Source: an uncultured Rhodospirillaceae bacterium (GTDB lineage Bacteria > Pseudomonadota > Alphaproteobacteria > MPNO01). Taken from it: a stretch of 39,967 nt of DNA. Under the pieces are notes generated by a model, which was given only the letters and a program-made list of their open reading frames with translations, did not search any database and had not been told where the DNA came from. Location of the stretch: assembly GCA_964587515.1 (NCBI GenBank), contig CAZPMO010000002.1:28151-68117 (forward strand), in the 5' to 3' direction. Below, in pieces: positions 19,323 to 28,465 of the stretch; the stretch's first letter is position 1, and each line of letters starts with the position of its first letter. The position numbers and the translations under genes are program-made.

Positions 19323-20150
19323 CTAATTCAGATCTCGGCTGAAATCGGCGATTAGCGCCGCCGTGCGTTGGGGTTGCGTCTCCGGGACATAGTGATCGCT
19401 GTCCTCGACGATCACGGACGGCAGGTCGGGCCGCAACGCGCATGACCGCGCGAACGCCGCCGCCGTCACGAAACGGCTGACCGCGCCCCGCACCAGCAAT
19501 GTCGGCATGGAAAGCGCACCCACCACGTCTTCCAGATTCTCGCGCAAGCCCCTTGAAGTCGATCGCATCGCGTCGCCGTCGGCGAGCGGGCGCAGCGCGC
19601 CGTCCCGGTCGCGCCCGAAGCCCCATTGCGCGCGGCGCGACACCGCGTCGGCCGGCATCATTGGATAGCGGTCGTGCAGATAGGCCTCCATTTCTTCGCT
19701 GGAGGCGAAGGCGCGGTCGCCGCCGCCGACGCGGGCGTCCAGCGCATCGAAGATTTCGGTCTCGACGAAGGGCGTGAACTCGATGGCGATCACGGCGGAG
19801 ATTTTATCGGGATAGACCGCGCCGGCGACGATGGCGTTGCGCGCGCCCAGCGAATGGCCCACCAGCAAAGCAGGTCCAGCGTCGAGATCGTCCACCAGGG
19901 CGGCCACGTCGGCGGCGAAATCGGCGCCGCGGTAACAATCGCCGGCCGGCTTGGCGCTGCGCCCGTGGCCGCGCTGATCGATGGCGACGCAATGGAACCG
20001 GTCCGACAGCGCGGCCGTCACCGGGTCCCAGCCGCGCCCGTTGGCGGTGATGCCGTGCAGGAAGATGGCGGGGGAGCCCGCACCGGTCTCGAAGGCGCAA
20101 ATCTCGACCGTCGAGAGCGCGCGGCGGCGCTCGATGATGGCGCCGGACAT
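19323..20150 (-). CDS. Alpha/beta hydrolase, 2-(acetamidomethylene)succinate hydrolase-like
   Basis: HGITAN, DQRGHG, GHSLGARN, FTPFVETE, YLxxRYP, GALRPLA, RGLR, LRPDLP, DHYVPE. These match my recollection of the Mesorhizobium loti vitamin B6 pathway enzyme along its length. Confidence 0.85.
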   Translation of the reverse strand: MSGAIIERRRALSTVEICAFETGAGSPAIFLHGITANGRGWDPVTAALSDRFHCVAIDQRGHGRSAKPAGDCYRGADFAADVAALVDDLDAGPALLVGHSLGARNAIVAGAVYPDKISAVIAIEFTPFVETEIFDALDARVGGGDRAFASSEEMEAYLHDRYPMMPADAVSRRAQWGFGRDRDGALRPLADGDAMRSTSRGLRENLEDVVGALSMPTLLVRGAVSRFVTAAAFARSCALRPDLPSVIVEDSDHYVPETQPQRTAALIADFSRDLN

Positions 20151-20890
20151 CAGAAATCGTATTTGCGGCGCAGGATCCTCAATATGCCTTCATGCATTTC
20201 GCGCCACGCCCACAGGGTTACGGCCGAGGCGCGCCGCGCACGCGCTATTTCCAGGTCCGACAAAACATATTTGTCGAGCAGGCCCGAAGATGCGTCCGTG
20301 TGCTCGATATCGGCGCGCACATGTTCGAGGAAATATTCGATGGTGTCATCGTCGAGCCCGTAGAATTTCCGCAGCGCCAACGCCGTCGCGCCGTGGGATT
20401 CCGGCAGCTGCGCCTCGTCGGCGTACCAGGTCGCGAGCCCTTCGGACGCGTTGCGGCGGCAGAAATAGGTCAGAGTGCGCGAAAACCCGATGACCTCGGC
20501 GATGGGGAAGCGCGCCGCCTCGTCGAGTTCCTCCTCGGTCGCGCCCAAATTCTTCGCGAAACGCACCCACAGGCCGGGATGCTCGCCCTCATCCTCGGGC
20601 CGCATGATCTCGTCATAGGTGTTTTCCAGCAGATGCTGCACGTCATCGCCCTTGAGGAAAGCGGCGTGGCTCAGCATCATCTTGGGCTCGGCGTGCGCCT
20701 GGAAGGACCAGCGCATCAGCGCGAAATCCTTCAGCGCCTCCTTGGGCAGCCGCCCCGACGTGATCAGGGTCACGAGCGGCGTGCGCAGATAGCGGTGCTC
20801 GGGCCGGGTGATGTCCTCGTGGATATAATCCCGGATAGCCTTCGGCGCCGATGGCGCATCGGCTCTGGCAAGGGTCGCGGTGGCGGTCAT
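20150..20890 (-). CDS. Heme-oxygenase-like diiron protein (CADD/PqqC/TenA-like) with intact ligand set
   Basis: ENTYDE...GEHPGLW, YADEAQLP, YFLEHVRADIEH (HxxxDxxH). GGGGAG RBS. TGATG coupling to the hydrolase. Confidence 0.88.
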   Translation of the reverse strand: MTATATLARADAPSAPKAIRDYIHEDITRPEHRYLRTPLVTLITSGRLPKEALKDFALMRWSFQAHAEPKMMLSHAAFLKGDDVQHLLENTYDEIMRPEDEGEHPGLWVRFAKNLGATEEELDEAARFPIAEVIGFSRTLTYFCRRNASEGLATWYADEAQLPESHGATALALRKFYGLDDDTIEYFLEHVRADIEHTDASSGLLDKYVLSDLEIARARRASAVTLWAWREMHEGILRILRRKYDF

Positions 20891-20958
20891 CGCTCGGTCT
20901 CCCCAGTTGTTCTTGGAATGATTATGGGATTCATCCCGGGCCGCGTCACGCCAAATCC

Positions 20959-21492
20959 TCAGACCGCGGGTTCGAGATCGACCTCAAGCGCCTGCAACAG
21001 GCGCGAATGCGCGATATAAGCGGCGATCATCACGCCAAGCTCGACGATCCCGCGGTCGTCGAAATGATCGCGCAGCGGATCGAACGCCGCGTCCGGCACT
21101 TCGGGGGACACCGTCATGGCGTCGACAAAAGCCAGTGCGGCGCGCTCGCGCGCATCAAAAAAATCCGACGGGCTCCAATCTTCCAGCGCGTCGCATTCGG
21201 CGCGGCTTACCCCCTCGGCCTCGGCAAGTCTGGGCACGTGCTGACGCAAAACATATGCCGAGCCCACCAGATGCCCCATGCGGATGATCACCAGCTCGCG
21301 CAGCCTTCCGTCGAGGCCGGTGCCCCAGCGCACCTGGTTAATGTGATCGAACCAGCTTTCGGCCAGCGGCGGCGAATGCAGCAGCGTCCGATAGACATTG
21401 ATCACATTGCCGCGCCGTTTGCCACGAATGCGCCCGGCAAGCTCGGCAAGCTCGGGACGGTCGTCCGGATCGATCAAAGGTACGCGCGCCAT
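20959..21492 (-). CDS. Carboxymuconolactone decarboxylase/AhpD-like protein
   Basis: NVYRTLLHSP, LDGRLRELVI, YVLRQH, ERAALAFVDAMT, IVEL. No CxxC. AAGGAGG RBS. Confidence 0.88.
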   Translation of the reverse strand: MARVPLIDPDDRPELAELAGRIRGKRRGNVINVYRTLLHSPPLAESWFDHINQVRWGTGLDGRLRELVIIRMGHLVGSAYVLRQHVPRLAEAEGVSRAECDALEDWSPSDFFDARERAALAFVDAMTVSPEVPDAAFDPLRDHFDDRGIVELGVMIAAYIAHSRLLQALEVDLEPAV

Positions 21493-21548
21493 GGCAATCC
21501 CGCCTCCTTGGTATAAGTTGCCGAAAGCTAACCATATCGGGGCGATCC

Positions 21549-22625
21549 ATGGCCACCATCGTCGTTCAGGACGACAAGATCCTGCGTTTTCTCGAAGTCA
21601 TTCTCGATCCGCGCGTCGCGGCGGCCCGGGTGGCGGCGTTTCGCGATTATCTCGCCTTCGACGAGCCCGACCCCGACCGCTGGTTTGACGCCCAGCGCCG
21701 GCGCGCGGGCGCGATCCGCCCGTCCGAGGTGCGTATGGTCGAGGACGAGGCGGCCATGCGCGTCGCGCTGCCGGACGCGGACGCGGTGGTGAGCGAAAGC
21801 CTGCGCATCGGCGGTGATGAACTCAGACTCGCGCCGAATTTAAAGCTGGTGCAAAAATTCGGCGTCGATGCGCGTAACATCGATCTTGCCGCCTGCAAGG
21901 ACGCGGGCGTCGAGACACGCATCCTGCGCCGCCGGGTCAACGGCACGGTGGCCGAACATGCGATCCTGCTGATGATGGCGGTCGGCCGCAAGCTGGTCGA
22001 GACCGACGGCGCGCTGGATTTCGCAGGCCTGGAAGCGCTTGGCTATCGCCCGAAGAAATTCGATCCCGACCATGTGGCGGGCGCCAACTGGGCGCGCATT
22101 CCCGGCCTGAAGAGCCTGCAGGGCGCGACGCTGGGCGCGCTGGGCCTGGGCGAGGTTGGGCGCGAGGTCGCGATGCGCGCCCATGCCATGGGCATGGAGA
22201 CTCTCTATTATCAGCGCACCCGCCTGCCCGACGAAATCGAGCGCGGCTGCGACGCCCGCTACGTTCCCTTCGAGGAATTACTGGAGCGCGCCGATTTCCT
22301 CAGCATCCATCTGCCGCTGACCGAGGCGACGCGGGGCATGATCGACGACGACGCCTTCGCGCGCATGAAGCCGGGCGCGATCCTCGCCAACATCTCGCGC
22401 GCCCATATCGTCGATCGGGACGCCCTCATCGCGGTGCTGGAGTCGGGCCGCCTCGGCGGGGCGGGGCTCGACGTCCACTACGAAGAACCCGGCGCCCCCG
22501 ATGAAAAACTTGGAACATACGCCAACGTCATCCGCAGCCCCCACATCGCCGTCGCCGCCCGCCAACACAACATGGCCGACACCGCCGAACTGGTCGCCAA
22601 CCTCGCCGATGTGCTGGGACGGTGA
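21549..22625 (+). CDS. D-isomer-specific 2-hydroxyacid dehydrogenase
   Basis: VAEHA, GLGEVG, HLPLTEATRGMI, MKPGAILANISR, LDV..EEP, SPHIA. Confidence 0.92.
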   Translation: MATIVVQDDKILRFLEVILDPRVAAARVAAFRDYLAFDEPDPDRWFDAQRRRAGAIRPSEVRMVEDEAAMRVALPDADAVVSESLRIGGDELRLAPNLKLVQKFGVDARNIDLAACKDAGVETRILRRRVNGTVAEHAILLMMAVGRKLVETDGALDFAGLEALGYRPKKFDPDHVAGANWARIPGLKSLQGATLGALGLGEVGREVAMRAHAMGMETLYYQRTRLPDEIERGCDARYVPFEELLERADFLSIHLPLTEATRGMIDDDAFARMKPGAILANISRAHIVDRDALIAVLESGRLGGAGLDVHYEEPGAPDEKLGTYANVIRSPHIAVAARQHNMADTAELVANLADVLGR

Positions 22626-22665
22626 TCGAGGCTATCGCGGTGGCAAGCGTGACGCGAGAGAAGTG

Positions 22666-22694
22666 TTGACAATATATTTTTCGGAACCCAGCAT
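22666..22694 (+). promoter_or_regulatory. Putative sigma70 promoter of the ABC operon
   Basis: TTGACA (22666-22671), 17-bp spacer, CAGCAT (22689-22694). Confidence 0.5.
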
Positions 22695-22966
22695 GCCTCC
22701 CAAGTTCGAACGGGCAGGCGAATTAAACGAGATCCCTTGAATGCACGATGAAACGAATGGGGCGGGTGTATCGTCGATGGGTGCGATGGGATGTAATTCC
22801 GTGTCACCTCTCTTCAACCGTCACGAATTCGCGCTCGTCGTCCTATGCAGCCGGGGCGCTATCGTATCGATCGCCAAGCCCGTCACCTGCGGCAAACTAG
22901 TCGGAGCGGACCGGTGTCCGTAAGAGGCAAGAGCGGTCCGATCAACACAGGAAAAGGAGGAATAAA

Positions 22967-23953
22967 GTGAAAAAAGCAACAATGCTGGCATGTCTGGGTA
23001 TGTTTGTTTCCATCTTTGTCATCGCTCCCGCGACGGCTCAAAACCTTAAAAAAATCAAAATCGTAGTACCTCGAAACAGCGCCTTCGTCTTGAATTACTT
23101 CGGGGGCAGAGAGGCCGGGATTTACCGCAAGCATGGTATCGACCTCGAGATCGACGCGCGTCCGTTCAAGGGCTTCGCGGCAAGTCTTCCCGCCAAAGAG
23201 GCCATGGTCACGACCTATATGGGCACGGCCGCCGTGGCGCGCATTAACAAGGGGTTCGACTGGGTCATAATCGGCGGCGGGCTAACCGTCATGCAGGAGG
23301 TCTTTGTCCTCAAATCGTCCCCCTTCAAGACAATCAACGATTTGCGCGGCAAGAAATTCGCGAGCTGGTCCACGGGCGCCGGCGCCTTCAAGGCGACACG
23401 GGCGGTCATCATGGACGGTTTCGGGATCGACGTCCTGAAAGACACCGCGTTCGTGCAGGCCGCGGCACCTGCCTTGATCAAGCTGCTGGAACGGGGAAAT
23501 GTCGATTCCATGTTCAACATCAGCTCCCTGACGATCGCGGCGGCCGCGCAACCGAATAAATACCGCTCGATCTTTGCGCCCAATGATTACTGGAAGAAAA
23601 AAACCGGGCAGCCCATCGTATGGTCCGCGCCGATCGTCGCATGGAGAAGTTGGGTCGACGAAGACCGCGCCAGGGCCAAGGCCTTCGTGGCGGCGACCCA
23701 TGAATCGTTCAAATGGCTCCGCAAGCCGAAAAATCTGGATGCCGCCGTCAAACAGTTCGGGACCCTGGCCGCGGTTAAAAACCAGGCTCAAGCCAATGTT
23801 TATAAAAAATGGCTGGGTGAAAAACGCGTATTCTTGGCGGAGTGGAACCGCGAAACGCGCGATAACCAGTGGAAGTTCCTCGAAATGGCCGCGAAGCGCG
23901 GCGTACTGGGGAAAGTGCCCTCCAAGGAAAAACATGGGCTGATCCTCGAATAG
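22967..23953 (+). CDS. ABC substrate-binding protein, NitT/TauT/SsuA/THI5-like
   Basis: Signal peptide, YRKHGIDLEI, SPFKTINDLRGKK, LERGNVDS. AAGGAGG RBS before GTG. Confidence 0.88.
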   Translation: MKKATMLACLGMFVSIFVIAPATAQNLKKIKIVVPRNSAFVLNYFGGREAGIYRKHGIDLEIDARPFKGFAASLPAKEAMVTTYMGTAAVARINKGFDWVIIGGGLTVMQEVFVLKSSPFKTINDLRGKKFASWSTGAGAFKATRAVIMDGFGIDVLKDTAFVQAAAPALIKLLERGNVDSMFNISSLTIAAAAQPNKYRSIFAPNDYWKKKTGQPIVWSAPIVAWRSWVDEDRARAKAFVAATHESFKWLRKPKNLDAAVKQFGTLAAVKNQAQANVYKKWLGEKRVFLAEWNRETRDNQWKFLEMAAKRGVLGKVPSKEKHGLILE

Positions 23954-23987
23954 CGAACTGGCTCTCAACCTCGTAAAGTAGAACAAA

Positions 23988-24758
23988 GTGAAATCACTAT
24001 TTCTCAAGCCCGGCGTCTTGCCGGGGGGGGTAACGATTATCGTCTGCCTGGTTCTTTGGCACGCGATATCCCTCTTTTTCTTGGATGTCTTCCTGCCGGG
24101 TCCTCTAACGTTGCTCGACCGTATGATCACGGTCTATGGGGACCCGGCGTCCTTCCTTGTGGTCTGGGTGACCCTCGTCCGAATAATTGAGGGCGTTGTC
24201 ATTTGCATGGTTATCGGGACGGCGCTTGGCCTGTTAATGGGGCGCGAGCGGAACATTGAGGCCTTTTTCGACAGTTGGGTCATGGTTCTGCTGACGTTTC
24301 CGGCGGTTTGCTGGGCGTTTCTCGCGGTTTTATGGTTTGGGTTATCGGACATCGGCCCGATTCTCACCATCATCCTGATCGTATTTCCATTTGTCACCAT
24401 GAACATTTGGGAAGGCACCAAGGCGGTGGAAAAGGGATTGATCGATATGGCGACCGTATACAGGGCCAACCGATCCCTCATGATTCGCAAGGTGATTATT
24501 CCGCAGCTTATGCCATTTTTCTTTTCCGCTCTCAGGATCGCCCTGTCCTTGTCGTGGAAAATCGCCCTGGTCGGCGAGGCTTTCGGAGTCGGCAGCGGTG
24601 TCGGTCAAAAGCTGATCTACTGGTTCGAGGATACACGGGTCGATATGATGCTCGCCTGGGGCATCAGCTTCATGATCTTCATGGTGGCCATCGATCTCAT
24701 CGTGTTCCGCCTGTGGGAGAAACGCACCTTCGCCTGGAGACATAAAATTGCAAACTGA
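23988..24758 (+). CDS. ABC permease (NitT/TauT type)
   Basis: Hydrophobic helices, EAA-like loop LIDMATVYRA, IIPQLMP, WKIALVGE. Confidence 0.9.
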   Translation: MKSLFLKPGVLPGGVTIIVCLVLWHAISLFFLDVFLPGPLTLLDRMITVYGDPASFLVVWVTLVRIIEGVVICMVIGTALGLLMGRERNIEAFFDSWVMVLLTFPAVCWAFLAVLWFGLSDIGPILTIILIVFPFVTMNIWEGTKAVEKGLIDMATVYRANRSLMIRKVIIPQLMPFFFSALRIALSLSWKIALVGEAFGVGSGVGQKLIYWFEDTRVDMMLAWGISFMIFMVAIDLIVFRLWEKRTFAWRHKIAN

Positions 24759-25575
24759 GAATAGTCCCGTGAATGTGAAACCCGAGCATGCCGCTGGGGC
24801 GTCGACGGTTGTCGCGGTAAACAACCTGACGAAGAAATTCAATTCTCCAATGGACGGAGAGGAATTCGTTGTCCTGGATTCCGTAAGCCTGCATGTGGAC
24901 GAGGGCAAATTCGCCGCCATCGTCGGACCTTCGGGCTGCGGCAAATCCACATTGTTGAACATCATCGCCGGCATCGAGACCCATGATCCCGATGAAGGGG
25001 GCTCGGTCGAGGTTTTCCCGAGAGCAGGCCACTCGACGTTGCGGGTCGGCTATGTCTTCCAGAACGCCCGGCTGCTCAACTGGCTGACGGTCGAGGGCAA
25101 CATTCAATTTGCGCTGGAGGCGCAGGAAATCCCCAAGGAGAGATGGCGCGAACTGGTCACGACATATCTTGAGATGGTAGGGCTCGAGGGGCAGGAAAAG
25201 AACTTCCCCTTGAACCTGTCGGGCGGCATGCAGCAACGGGTCGCCATCGCCCGCGCGCTCGCCATCGAACCCGACATTCTGCTGATGGATGAGCCGTTCA
25301 GCCATCTCGACGAAATCACCGCCAGGAAGATGCGGTTCGATCTGATGGAGATCCTGAGCCACGCCAAGCCCACCATCCTGTTCGTGACCCATGATCTGGG
25401 CGAGGCGGTCTTTCTTTCCGATCATATTTACATGATGAGCACCAAGCCGGCTCGGATCTTCAAGCAGATCTCGATCGATGTCGAGCGGCCGCGAAAACCC
25501 GAAGACCCGGTGATTTTCGACCTGGAAAAAGAATTGGTCCGGGAATTTTTCAGCGTCCTGGACGAGCAGGATTAG
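24748..25575 (+). CDS. ABC ATP-binding protein (NitT/TauT type)
   Basis: GPSGCGKST, LSGGMQQR, LLMDEPF, FVTHD. TTG start after GGAGA (start uncertain). Confidence 0.95.
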   Translation: MQTENSPVNVKPEHAAGASTVVAVNNLTKKFNSPMDGEEFVVLDSVSLHVDEGKFAAIVGPSGCGKSTLLNIIAGIETHDPDEGGSVEVFPRAGHSTLRVGYVFQNARLLNWLTVEGNIQFALEAQEIPKERWRELVTTYLEMVGLEGQEKNFPLNLSGGMQQRVAIARALAIEPDILLMDEPFSHLDEITARKMRFDLMEILSHAKPTILFVTHDLGEAVFLSDHIYMMSTKPARIFKQISIDVERPRKPEDPVIFDLEKELVREFFSVLDEQD

Positions 25576-26358
25576 ATGTCTAACCGCGCCCGAGGCATAT
25601 GTCTGAGAGTAAGCTCGATCTTCGTCCTGCTGATCATCTGGTGGGTCGCCGCGATTTTGATGGATGATGTCGAGGTCCTGCCCGGGCCGGTGCTGATCTT
25701 TACGACCATTTGGTCGAATCTGATCGGTGTCGGGCCGGAAGGGAAATCGCCCTATTTCCACATGGGGGTCACGCTGGCCCGCACTTTCATCGCTTTCGGC
25801 GCGGCCATGCTGGCGGGAATAGGAATTGGCCTGACCATGGGCCTCCGCAAGACCTTCGAGCATTCGCTCATGGCCTTGATTCCACTGTTGCTCACCATGC
25901 CTACGATCCTCATGGTCTTTCTCGCCGTACTCTGGTTTGGTTTCACCGAAGTCGGCAGCCTGGTCGCCGTCGTCGGCGTGGTCACGCCCTTCGTGTCGGT
26001 AAATATGTTCGAAGGCACCAAGGCCATGGATAAATCACTGATCGACATGGCGAAGACCTTCCGCGCGGACAACCGCATGCTTGTCATGAAAGTCTATGTG
26101 CCGCAGTTGCTGCCGTACATTTTTTCCGCCTTCCGCTTCGGATTCGGCATCACGTGGAAGATCGTCGCCTTGGCGGAGACCTTCGGCATCAAGTTCGGCA
26201 TCGGGTACATGTTCTTCTTCTGGTTCGAACAGTTCAACATGGAACAGGTCCTTGCCTGGATCATCATGTTCGTCATCCTGATGCTCATTCTTGAACACGG
26301 CGTCTTCGCCCGGCTCGAACACAAGGCGTTCGCCTGGCGACCGTCGCATTCCCTGTAG
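25576..26358 (+). CDS. Second ABC permease (NitT/TauT type)
   Basis: Paralog of 23988..24758 (LAVLWFG, EGTKA, LIDMA, PQLLPY, WKIV, FAWR). Confidence 0.9.
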   Translation: MSNRARGICLRVSSIFVLLIIWWVAAILMDDVEVLPGPVLIFTTIWSNLIGVGPEGKSPYFHMGVTLARTFIAFGAAMLAGIGIGLTMGLRKTFEHSLMALIPLLLTMPTILMVFLAVLWFGFTEVGSLVAVVGVVTPFVSVNMFEGTKAMDKSLIDMAKTFRADNRMLVMKVYVPQLLPYIFSAFRFGFGITWKIVALAETFGIKFGIGYMFFFWFEQFNMEQVLAWIIMFVILMLILEHGVFARLEHKAFAWRPSHSL

Positions 26359-26416
26359 AGAACGCCTCGACTCTCCGACCGAGACTCGACGACGCGGAGT
26401 AGCAGGGTCGGATCGA

Positions 26417-26863
26417 CTAACGGTCGACGGTTTCCTTACCCTCGCCGCCGAACCTTGTGGCGAAATAGCCGATGACCAGGCCGATGATCGCGCCCTCGGC
26501 GACGAACCAGAAAGGCGACGTGAGAACGCCATCCGCGCCGAACGTGGCGTGCATGGCCGCCGTCATGGCGTCATAAGCGAAGAAGGTGAGGACGAAATTC
26601 ATCCATGCGCCGAGGAACGGCGCGCGCACCCACCAGGGCATCGGCAGCTTAAGAACCGGGTGCCACGTAAAGACCCCGAACACGCCGATGATCGCGCCCA
26701 CGGTGGTATACCAGAGCAAAATCCCCCAGCGCAGCAACCAGCCGGCCTCGGGCATGAAATACGGCAGGAAAACAAACCCGATAAGCCCGAAGACCAACCC
26801 GATCCCCTTACCGATCGCGATCCGCGTCACCAGCGACGGATTTCCGAAAATTTTCGACGGCAT
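26417..26863 (-). CDS. Hypothetical multi-TM membrane protein (148 aa)
   Basis: About four hydrophobic segments. GGGGAAAGGG upstream of ATG 26863. Confidence 0.75.
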   Translation of the reverse strand: MPSKIFGNPSLVTRIAIGKGIGLVFGLIGFVFLPYFMPEAGWLLRWGILLWYTTVGAIIGVFGVFTWHPVLKLPMPWWVRAPFLGAWMNFVLTFFAYDAMTAAMHATFGADGVLTSPFWFVAEGAIIGLVIGYFATRFGGEGKETVDR

Positions 26864-26900
26864 TGTTCTACCCTTTCCCCTTTCACCTCGATCTGCCAAA

Positions 26901-26918
26901 CCCCGGATCAAGTCGGGG
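26901..26918. repeat. Solitary copy of the REP-like hairpin seen at 3766-3923
   Basis: ccccggatcaagtcgggg vs ccccggatcaagttccgggg at 3901-3920. Confidence 0.65.
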
Positions 26919-26981
26919 AAAGCAACTTTTTTTGGCCAAGGTACGTCGCAAATCGGTCCCCGGGGGACTTGGCCGCCCTTC

Positions 26982-27674
26982 TCACATCAGCGCGTAGCCT
27001 TTTTCGTAGTGCAGGTAGATGCCGTCGAAATAGAACCAGCGGAGCGCGGCGCCCTCGCGGGCGTAGTGGATGCACATGTCCTGGCTTTCGCGGTCGGTGC
27101 AGTGGCGTTCCAGCACCTCGAAGGCGCGGTCGCCGTGCTCCACATCGACCTCGGCGTGGAGCCAGAAATGTTCGATCTCGTCATCCGGGAAATTGTAAGT
27201 CTCGCGCAGCGCCGGCAGCACCTTGGAATAGAGCCGGGGCGACTGGGTTTCGCTGGCGATGTTGCTGCACGCCACGCCGCAATACCAGGGTTGCTCCGTC
27301 GCCACCTGAACCTGCCAGTTGGCCCACAGCCGCGTGGTCGGCAGGCCGCGTCCGGCCTTGACCTTCGCCGGGTCGGCGCCGTTGGCGGCGGCGAATTTCA
27401 GGACGATTTCCATGTGCGGATTATCGGGGTCTTCCTCCTCGTTGAAATTCGCCAGCATGGCGTCAACCACGTCCGGCGGCGCCTTGGCGCAGATGTTGAA
27501 CACCGAGCGCTGGAGCAGCGTGGTGATCCAGTGCCAGTGCTCGACGCCCCAGCCCATCATGGCGTTGCGGCCAAGCTCGCCCTTTGCCCAGGCCTCGGTC
27601 ATCGGATGATCGGCGCAGTGACGCTCGTTCACCGCGTCCTCGAGCGCGCGTCGGAAGTTGCTCTTGCCGGCCAT
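26982..27674 (-). CDS. Heme-oxygenase-like diiron protein (PqqC/CADD/TenA-like), intact ligands
   Basis: DHPM..AWAKGEL, NFNEEEDPDNPH, SETQSP, FWLHAEVDVEH, RWFYFDGIY. AAGGAGG RBS before ATG 27674. Confidence 0.9.
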   Translation of the reverse strand: MAGKSNFRRALEDAVNERHCADHPMTEAWAKGELGRNAMMGWGVEHWHWITTLLQRSVFNICAKAPPDVVDAMLANFNEEEDPDNPHMEIVLKFAAANGADPAKVKAGRGLPTTRLWANWQVQVATEQPWYCGVACSNIASETQSPRLYSKVLPALRETYNFPDDEIEHFWLHAEVDVEHGDRAFEVLERHCTDRESQDMCIHYAREGAALRWFYFDGIYLHYEKGYALM

Positions 27675-27688
27675 GGATTCGCCTCCTT

Positions 27689-28453
27689 TTATGTGGTCGC
27701 GCTTCCGGGCCCTGGCTCGACCAGGGCGCGGAAGGCGATCGAGAGCGTCGTCACCGCGAGCGCGATGCCCAGCAGCGCGACGGTCTGTTGCAGTAACGCG
27801 TGGATGAAACTCGCCGTCAGCGCGCCGCCGCCGATGGCCCGCATCAACAGGCCGAACGCGACCTGGACGGGCGCCAGCGGCAACCCGACGATGACGGAGA
27901 TTGCCAGCAACCGCCAGCCATTGCCGGCGGTGCGTTCCCAGCAATCGCGCACCGTGAGCGCATGGTTGATGGCGGCGGCCGGGAACAGCAGCGACAGGCG
28001 GACGAACAGCAGCATGCCGCCGATGACCGCGATCACGATCACCGCGAACGACACAGCCGACTGCACATTGTTGGACGCACCGCTGGCCAGCAGGATAGGC
28101 GCGATGCTGCCCGCCGCGACCACGACCATGATGGTCGCGTAAAGCGCCAGCGTGACCAGCAGGAACCGGGTGTGGCGGCGGCGCCAGCTCAGCGCGGCGG
28201 CCACGGTATGAACTTCGCCCGGCAACAGAAATCGCCGGTGCCAGGCGACCGAGAACACCACCCAGACAATCGCCGCGACAATGGAAATGACGAGATCGAG
28301 CCCGCGCCCGCCGCGCGCGAACGACTGTATGGCGACGGTGACGATCGCGAGCGCGAGGATGGCGGGGAAGGCCAGCGCCAGAAAATCCCGCCGCGCCCGC
28401 CAGACGAAGCGATAGGCCGCGCCGGCGGTTGCGAAAATGGCGAGGCGCGGCAC
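27689..28453 (-). CDS. Hypothetical integral membrane protein
   Basis: About six TM segments, VAWHRRFL, RLSLLFPAAA, WERTAGNGWRL. Confidence 0.75.
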   Translation of the reverse strand: MPRLAIFATAGAAYRFVWRARRDFLALAFPAILALAIVTVAIQSFARGGRGLDLVISIVAAIVWVVFSVAWHRRFLLPGEVHTVAAALSWRRRHTRFLLVTLALYATIMVVVAAGSIAPILLASGASNNVQSAVSFAVIVIAVIGGMLLFVRLSLLFPAAAINHALTVRDCWERTAGNGWRLLAISVIVGLPLAPVQVAFGLLMRAIGGGALTASFIHALLQQTVALLGIALAVTTLSIAFRALVEPGPGSATT

Positions 28454-28465
28454 CGCGGTCCCGCC

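Noticed and set aside
22700-22895. Possible cobalamin riboswitch (aattcc...caaccgt...aagcccgtcacctgc)
   Set aside because: Only loose resemblance. The conserved AGGGAA and GCCCCCGC elements are missing. An Infernal/Rfam scan would decide.
20150-27674. PQQ biosynthesis or CADD-type pABA synthesis
   Set aside because: No pqqA/B/D/E or folate genes in the window, so only fold-level similarity is supported.
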